Below are positions 49,555-57,102 of a stretch of 57,102 nucleotides of DNA, piece after piece. Source of the stretch: Chiloscyllium plagiosum (lineage: Eukaryota); NCBI RefSeq assembly GCF_004010195.1, contig NC_057757.1:7563953-7621054 (forward strand), written 5' to 3'. Both the position numbers and the translations under genes were made by a program. The notes beneath the pieces are model-generated. The model was not told where the DNA came from. It ran no database searches and saw nothing but the letters and a program-made list of their open reading frames with translations. Each line of letters starts with the position of its first letter. Positions within the stretch are counted from its first letter, which is position 1.

Positions 49555-51033
49555 NNNNNNNNNNNNNNNNNNNNNNNNNNNNNNNNNNNNNNNNNNNNNN
49601 NNNNNNNNNNNNNNNNNNNNNNNNNNNNNNNNNNNNNNNNNNNNNNNNNNNNNNNNNNNNNNNNNNNNNNNNNNNNNNNNNNNNNNNNNNNNNNNNNNNN
49701 NNNNNNNNNNNNNNNNNNNNNNNNNNNNNNNNNNNNNNNNNNNNNNNNNNNNNNNNNNNNNNNNNNNNNNNNNNNNNNNNNNNNNNNNNNNNNNNNNNNN
49801 NNNNNNNNNNNNNNNNNNNNNNNNNNNNNNNNNNNNNNNNNNNNNNNNNNNNNNNNNNNNNNNNNNNNNNNNNNNNNNNNNNNNNNNNNNNNNNNNNNNN
49901 NNNNNNNNNNNNNNNNNNNNNNNNNNNNNNNNNNNNNNNNNNNNNNNNNNNNNNNNNNNNNNNNNNNNNNNNNNNNNNNNNNNNNNNNNNNNNNNNNNNN
50001 NNNNNNNNNNNNNNNNNNNNNNNNNNNNNNNNNNNNNNNNNNNNNNNNNNNNNNAGCAGCGGTGCTGTTTGAAAAGGCAGCTGTACTAAAGATGTGCGAC
50101 TTGTCCTACAGCTGTACTTAGCAGAAGGCTAACTGTGAGGTGAGATAGCTGAAGCCAAAGTGAAATGATGGCGAGGCGATTGTCCAGCAGCTTGAAAGTT
50201 TGCCAGTGAGAGAGATTAGCGAGCAGTAGCCCGGCTCAGAGTTGTTCATGGCCAACAGCAACCCTGCTCCCGCTGAGAAACTAGGTTTCGTGGACAGGTT
50301 GGCATATCTGGCACGGCCCGAAAACTTCGGCAAAGTGGATTTCGGAGGCGAGGGCGACCGGCCTTACAGGGCAGCAGGCCGAGACAGCGTGGTTGCACTT
50401 GTGAAAGACCGAGTGCACGAGCTGCTGGATCAGCAGATCCACAGTTGCCATTGTGATCCTTGTCGTTGCTGTTTACATGCTTGACGAAGGAGGCAAACAT
50501 CCTTGAGCAGTTATTCTGTGCTGCCATCAAACGGTGTTGTTTTTGGAGCTCCTGTGTGTGTTCCACAGACAGCTGGCAAATAGGTGACAGGAATTGGAAT
50601 GAGACACATGGTTGGACAGGTGCTCTTAAACACAATCCGTCTGAGATCTCACTTTTCTTAAAAGCATTGCTTGCTTCAGCGCTGACACAGTGATGGCCAC
50701 TTATAGGAAAGGTAGAAGAAGGAATGAAGTCCGAGGAAGGGAAGCTTGGATGTCTGGCTGATTTTGAATTGTTTAATTTATTTTAAACCTTAATCCAGGG
50801 TTTTATCGGTCTAGAATTGTGGAAGGGGATGGTAAAAAATAGCTTAGATTAAGGAATTGTAAATAGATATTAGTTAATTATTTACTGTTAATCGTTAATT
50901 AATAAGGTTGTAAATTTTTTTCTTTAAATCATTCTTGACCCCTCAATTTTTCACAAATTACTACACAGGATAATTTTTTTCTGTGTTGCTGGTTGAAATT
51001 AAGCAGGTGGGTTTTCCCCTTGTTGTAACAGCT

Positions 51034-51051
51034 TGGGGGCTCACCTGGGAT
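51034..51051 (+). other. Primer-binding site, tRNA-Pro type
   Basis: tgggggctcacctgggat matches 15/18 of TGGGGGCTCGTCCGGGAT, 3 nt after the LTR end. Confidence 0.8.
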
Positions 51052-52120
51052 TTGCATTGGTTTCGAGCTATGTGAATAGATTTTGGGATACGAAAAATCT
51101 CACCAGATTTAAAAGGTTAGTATCCTAGATCTTTAAATAAAATGTAGGTGAGGCAATTTGTTTAATTTCAGTAAGTTGTGGTTGATTAAATTGGAAGTGA
51201 GAGAAATAGTTCTTCAATTTGCTAAAGAGGTTCTAGGATTTGAAGGTAATTCTCAAATTTGCCAAGAAAGTTTCGAAGAAAAAAGGCCATATGTTTAGAA
51301 TTAGCAAATAAGTTAAGATTTTGGTGGGAATTACTCAAACACTTCGGTGTGTCAGAAAAACAGAGAAGTTCAGTAAGAGGTAGAAAACCTCAAATTCTAA
51401 TTGAGGAAAATGGAATTAGAAGATAAACAAAGAGAGAGAGACAGAAAGAGAAAGTGAGAGAGAAGGTTCTTGGCTGAGCAAAGAGAGAGAAGAAAGGGAG
51501 AGAGAAAGAGACGGAAGAGAGAGGGAGGAAAAAGAAAGAGAGAATGTTCTTAGCTGAGCAAAAAGAGAGAGAGAATTTGAACTTGAGAAATTGCGACTTA
51601 GTCAGCAACGTCAAGGTAACAGGTTGAAGATTAAAAGAGAAGGAAGTGATACATACAAATATGTCAAAACTCTGCCACATTTTTGATGAGAAATATGTTG
51701 AAGCCTTCTTTGTTTCATTTGAAAAATTGGCTGGGCAGTTGGAGTGGTTTGAGGATTTATGGGCAATGCTAGTTCAGACTAAACTGGCAGGCAGAGGTAG
51801 TGAGGTATTTGCCACACTGCCCAGATGAGGGGTCAAGAGATTATGAAGAGGTTAAACAGGCTATTTTAAGTGCTTATGAATTGGTACCAGAAGCACAAAG
51901 AAGGAACCAAGTCAAATTTATGTTGAGTTCAAAAGAATTAAACATAGTCATTTTGATCGATGGGTGCATGCTTTGAAAATAGATAAGACTGTTGAAGCTC
52001 TATGAGAGATTATTCTGCTGGAGGATTTTAAAAACTCACTTCGAGAGATGGTAAGAATTCACGTAGAGGAACAGAAATTTCAGGAATCAGAAGGGCAGCA
52101 GAATTAGCAGATGAATACAC

Positions 52121-52438
52121 GTTTAGATTAAATTCCCTCCAGTGTGGAAACAGGCCATTTAGTCCAACAAATCCACACCAACGCTCTGAAGAGTAACCCA
52201 CCCAGACCCATTTCCCCACTTTTACCCCGCACTCCTGCACCTGACACTATGGGCAATTTATCTTGGCCAATTCACTCTGACCTACACATCTTTGCACGGT
52301 GAGAGGAAACCGAAGCACCAGGAGGAAACCCATGCAGACATGGACAGAGCATGCAAACTCCAGACATTCGCCCCAAGGCTAGAATCAAACCTGCATCCCT
52401 GGCGCTCAGAGCTAACCACTGAGCCACCGTGCCACCCT
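52121..52438 (-). mobile_element. V-SINE/HE1-type SINE inserted in gypsy gag
   Basis: gctaaccactgagccaccgtgccaccc head (reverse complement), gaggaaaccgaagcaccaggaggaaaccc core, ttagatt tail. Confidence 0.9.
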
Positions 52439-55400
52439 ATTGGTACATAAGACATGCTTCCAGCCAGAATTTCGTCCTGAGAGGGATAGAAGTTGGGAGA
52501 AGGGGAGATCCTACACTATGAAACCAAGAGTAGAGTGCACCAGTGAGAATTTACCATAGGATAAAAAAGAAGCCCAAGAAGGTGGAAAGGAGGCGAAAGG
52601 CCTCAGGAGTTTTCACTGTAGTGGAGTGGGACAAAAAAAAATTACAGTGCTGGCGGTTTCAGAAGGGCACTGGGGAAAGGTGTTTTCACTGCCAGAAGGT
52701 GGGACACGTAAAGATACAGTGCTGGTCGTTAAAGAAAGGCACTGTGGGAAAAGATGTGGTAAAAGAAGCTAAGTGAGTGGCATTAGTGAAGGTAGTAAAG
52801 GAGACCCCCAAGAAGAGCTGAGGAGCTGCAGGAGAGTTCACAGCATAGGCAGGGGCTGGAGATGAGGTTAGTACGCGGTCTTTACAAAGAATTCACATCT
52901 GTGGGTAAACTTTACTCAGAAAGAACTGGGGAGAAGGACAAGAACTTAAAATTTTGAGAGATACAGGATCTAACCAGTCACTGATAGTAAGGGATGAGAG
53001 AATATGCACTCTTTCTGATCTGTTACCTGAAGGTGTGATACTTTGTGGGATAGATGGACAGAAATCTAGCGTTTCTCTATGTAAGATCACGTGGGAGTCC
53101 AACTCAAGCCTGGGTAAGTTACACTGGGAGTGATTGACAGAGTGGCAGTTCCAGGAATTCATTTTGTTCTTGGGAATGATTTGGCAGGTTCCAAGGTAGG
53201 AGTGACACCCCTTGTTGTGGAGAAGCCCAAGGGAGACCAAGAAACTGAGGAGTTGAAGCAGAAATATCCTGGTATTTTCCCAGACTGTGTAGTAACCAGA
53301 TCCCACTGTCACGAAGTGAAAACTAAAGAGAAAGGTGAAGGAGTTGAGGTTCAGTTAGTGGATGCTCTGTTTGGCATAATGGTGCAGGAAAAACCTGAAC
53401 AGACGGAGGTCAGACAGAAATGTTTAGTCCTGAAAGGCTAAAAGACTTGCAACAGCAAGAGAAGATGATAGAAGATATATACGTGGATGTGTAGTCTGAA
53501 AAGGAGGCAGAGAATATTCCAGAGCATTATTATCTGAAAGATAAAATCCTCAGATGGAAATAGAGACCACGGCAAGTTAGTGCAAAGGAGAATTGGGCCA
53601 AAATGCACCTGATTGTGGTTGTGTAGTATACAGACAGGAGGTGTTACAGGTAGCGTTACCTATAGGAGGTTACGTAGGGGTACGAAAGACTCAGGCTAGG
53701 GAACAAAAATATTTTTATTGGCCTGGAATGCACAAGGATGTGGTTCACTTTTGCCTTACGATTCATACATGCCAAATTGTAGATAAGCCACAGGCGGTAA
53801 TAAAACCAGCACCTTTGTTGCCAATTTCTGTATGAGAAGAACCTTTCACGCGAGTTATCATTGATTGTGTAGGTCCCTTCCTGAGAATTAAAAGAGGGAA
53901 CCAGTACTTGTTAACCATAATGGATGTGTCTACCAGATCTCTGGAGGCAATTCCATTACAGAGTATCAAGGCAAAATGGGTGGTCGAGGAGTTAGTAGCT
54001 TTCTTCACTCGGTATGGGCTACCCAGAGAGATTCAGTCAGACCAAGAGTCAAGTTTTCCTGCTAGGCTGTTCAAGGAGGTTATGAATAGCTAAGATATAT
54101 GTACTTTAAATCCAGTGCGTGTCATCCTGAATCCCAGAGAGCTTTAGAAAGGTGGCATCAGACCCTGAAGACCATGTTAAGAGTGTACTGTCAGGATTAC
54201 CCTAATGATTGGGTTGAAGGTATCCCATTCGTATTGTTTGCCATTAGAGATGTCCAAATGAACCTACTCAGTTCACTCCCTTTGTGTTTATATTCGGTCA
54301 TGAAGTGAGAGGCCCTTTGAAATTAATTAAAGAGGAATTGACAGGACCAAAGTTGGAGATCTCACACTTAGATTACTAAGTATTGGAGGTGAGGGAGAGA
54401 CTAAATCGAGTAGGTGAGTTCGCTAAAGAGCACCTAAAGAAGGCACGGCGTAGAATGAAGCAGGTAGCAGATAAAAACTCTTACAGACTCGGACATTTTC
54501 CCGAGGGGATGATATTTAGTGCTTTTACCAATGATAGGTGATCACTTCAAGCCAGGTTTAGTGGTCCAGACCAAATTGAGAAACTTGAACTAGTCGTAAG
54601 CATGTGAGATAGGAAAAAGAGGAATTGGGTATGTAATGTGAACATGTTGAAACCATATTATCCTAGGGAGAAAGAATTTGAGAAACGGTGTTAGTTACTA
54701 CCCTGCAGAGTGAGGAATCAAATCCAGATGGTGTGGATTTTGATGTGTTTCAAAATAGATTAAAAAATGAAGAAGTCCTTGAGGAATTGGATAGGTTAGT
54801 AAGGATCTGTCTCAGGAACATAGAACACACTTGAAAGATTTGTTATAGCAGTATAAGGACATATGTAAGAACTAGATGGAGAGGACTAATACTATTGTAC
54901 ATGAAGTAGACATAGGGAATACTGCTCCGATAAAACAACATCCCTATCGGCTTAATCCTCTCAAAGCCAGACAGGTCCAGATGGAGGTGGAGGCCATGCT
55001 CGACGAGGACATCATCAAACCAAACCAGAGCAAGTAGAGTTTGCTGATTGTCTTAACGATTCTCCATGGATTATCAGAAGATCAACGCCGATACAAAATC
55101 GGACTCATGGATAATTCCTAGATTGGAGGACTGTATCGAAAAAGTCGGACAAGCCAGTCAAATCACCAAGTTGGGACTTAATGTGTGGTTACGGGCAGGT
55201 ACCTTTATCAGAGATGGCAAAAGAAATTTCTGCATTTGTAACCCCAAATGGGCAATATCAGTTTAATGCCCTATGGAATGAAGAACGCACCCGGCACATC
55301 CAAAGACTCCTGAACAGAGTTGTGGCTGGGTTAACAAACTGTGCAGTCTATTTGGACTATGTAATGATATTTAGTGAATCCTGGAACGATTGCATGGTAC

Positions 55401-55630
55401 AGGTGGCAGAGCTCTTTGAACAATTACGAGAAGCAAAATTGGTGATAAACTTAAATAAAACTGAACTCACTAAAGCAGAGGTGATGTTCTTGGGACATAA
55501 CATGTCATGGAAGGTCGACTCCATGGAACACAAAGACGAAAACAATCAAGGAATTTCCACAACCAACCTCGAAGAAAGAGGTGCTTCAATTCTTAGGACT
55601 CAGCTTCCTATCAGAATTCTATCAGAAGTG

Positions 55631-56275
55631 TAGAACGTAGAACATAGAACATAGAACAATACAGCACAGAACAGGCCCTTCGGCCCACGATGTTGTGCCG
55701 AACTTCTAACCTAGATTAAGTACCCATCCATGTACCTATCCAAATGCCGCTTAAAGGTCGCCAATGATTCCGACTCTACCACTCCCACGGGCAGCGCATT
55801 CCATGCCCCCACCACTCTCTGGGTAAAGAACCCACCCCTGACATCTCCCCTATACCTTCCACCCTTCACCTTAAATTTATGTCCCCTTGTAACACTCTAT
55901 GAAGGTTTATAAAATCATGAGGGGCATGGATAGAGTGAATAGACAAGGTCTTTTCCCTGCGTATGGGAGTCCAGAACTAGAGGGCATAGGTTTAAAGTCA
56001 GAGGGGAAAAATTTAAAAGGGTCTTAAGTAGCAACTTTTTCACACAGAGGGTGGTATGTGTACAGAATGAGCTGCCAGAGGAAGTGGTGGAGGCTGGTAC
56101 AATTATACCATTTAATAGGCATCTGGATGGGTATATGAATAGGAAGGGTTTGGAGGGATATGGGCCAAGTGCTGGAAAATGGGACTAGATTAATTTAGGA
56201 TATCAGGTCAGCATGGACAAGTTGGACTGAAGGTCCTGTTTCTCTGCTGTACATCTCTGACTCTATGACTGTATA
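55631..56275. mobile_element. Two CR1 3' ends joined in opposite orientation (minus 55631-55897, plus 55898-56275)
   Basis: (aacatag)n tail and reverse complement of RGGFFTQRVVGAWNALP; then plus-strand gtttataaaatcatgaggggcatggatag...ctgactctatgact. Confidence 0.85.
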
Positions 56276-57102
56276 ACTGTAAAAGTAGATGGATGCCCAG
56301 GTAGGCTTTGAGTTTGGATGTGCAATTTCACACAAAATTATTCACAACCTCAGTCAGCTAGTTTAAGGACATACGTCAGAGTGGCCACAGCATTTTATTT
56401 TGAAAGGAAGAGAGGAAAACCTGACTGAGTCATTGTAACCAGTTTCCAAACATTCCCAAGGTCTAGCTGTGAAACAGCATTGATGGATGTCTGGGAACAT
56501 GTTTCTAGTCTAACGTCTTCATTAGGGAAGCTTAACTCCTAACGAAGGGAGTATAAGGAAAGTATATTAATCATCAGATAAATAAGTGAAGAGAAATAAT
56601 TCTAAATAAGGGAATAAAGGAGTAATAACAAAACAGAATTGTTGTTCATATCAACAAGTAAGATCTTTCAATTATCACATTGTATTTTTCTTTTTTTTTG
56701 TGACTTAAGAAATGTAATTTTTTTCTCTCTCTATTCTAAAGCTGCTGTCTTGCTTTGAATGATTACACCAGTAAGCTAGTCTACAGTTGTCTTGTTGAAA
56801 TGGCCTTTATTTACATGAAATAGAATTTCCTCTCCATCACTATGATTCTTTACTTCCAACCCCCTTTTACCTGCTTCTTGCTTAATAGATACCATTACAG
56901 CTAAGTTTTTCCTTTATCCTCTTCTGATGAACAGGCTTTGAATTACAACTTTGATTCTGTTTCTGTCTCCACAAATGCTGACTATTTCAAGTGTTTTCTG
57001 ATTTTAGTTTAGATGATCAGTATCTTATATTTGTTTTGAGATAGAGAGCTTACCAAAGGTTTGATTGCGAAGGCCTCACAAGGCACCTTCCACTTAAGTT
57101 AC

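Larger units (their letters stand above)
50750..55630 (+). mobile_element. Decayed Gmr1-like Ty3/gypsy LTR retrotransposon (partial 5' LTR, PBS, gag, PR, IN, RT), 3'-truncated
   Basis: LTR end tgtaaca at 51030; gag VEAFFVSFEKLA..W; CFHCQKVGHVKIQC knuckle; LRDTGS protease (~52955); FYWPGMHKDV, IIDCVGP, MDVSTR, EIQSDQ, LERWHQTLK integrase (53650-54400); then DYQKIN, IPRLEDC, GYGQVPL, VYLDY RT (54900-55620); left boundary approximate. Confidence 0.9.

Overview
Repeat-dominated eukaryotic genomic DNA, most likely from a cartilaginous fish (shark). That is an inference from the V-SINE/HE1-type SINEs, CR1 LINEs, minisatellite families and a GPR139-like receptor. The window has six assembly gaps, three of exactly 500 N, so long-range contiguity is not guaranteed. 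Only two host coding segments are supportable: a 96-nt facilitative glucose transporter exon most like SLC2A4/GLUT4 (19353-19448, +) and an intact large exon of a GPR139/GPR142-like class A GPCR (47279-48171, -). The rest is mobile DNA and tandem repeats. It includes many decayed CR1 LINEs and SINEs, a degraded gamma/epsilon-type endogenous retrovirus with pol, env, PPT and 3' LTR (~37110-41459), and a 701-bp solo LTR with a 4-bp TSD. It also includes a Gmr1-like Ty3/gypsy element with integrase upstream of RT, 28/34/40-bp minisatellites, and a ~2-kb near-identical duplication across a gap. The most notable hidden signal is a set of ~200-bp fold-back insertions flanked by 11-15-bp direct repeats. 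They carry minimal hammerhead-ribozyme cores (CTGAnGA-A-stem II-GAAAC-GTC), as expected for Penelope-like element termini. An unexplained CpG-rich coding-like segment (50055-50750) and an orphan CRE/CCAAT/YY1 promoter-like cluster (30761-30841) also merit checking. No clearly new multi-gene system is evident.
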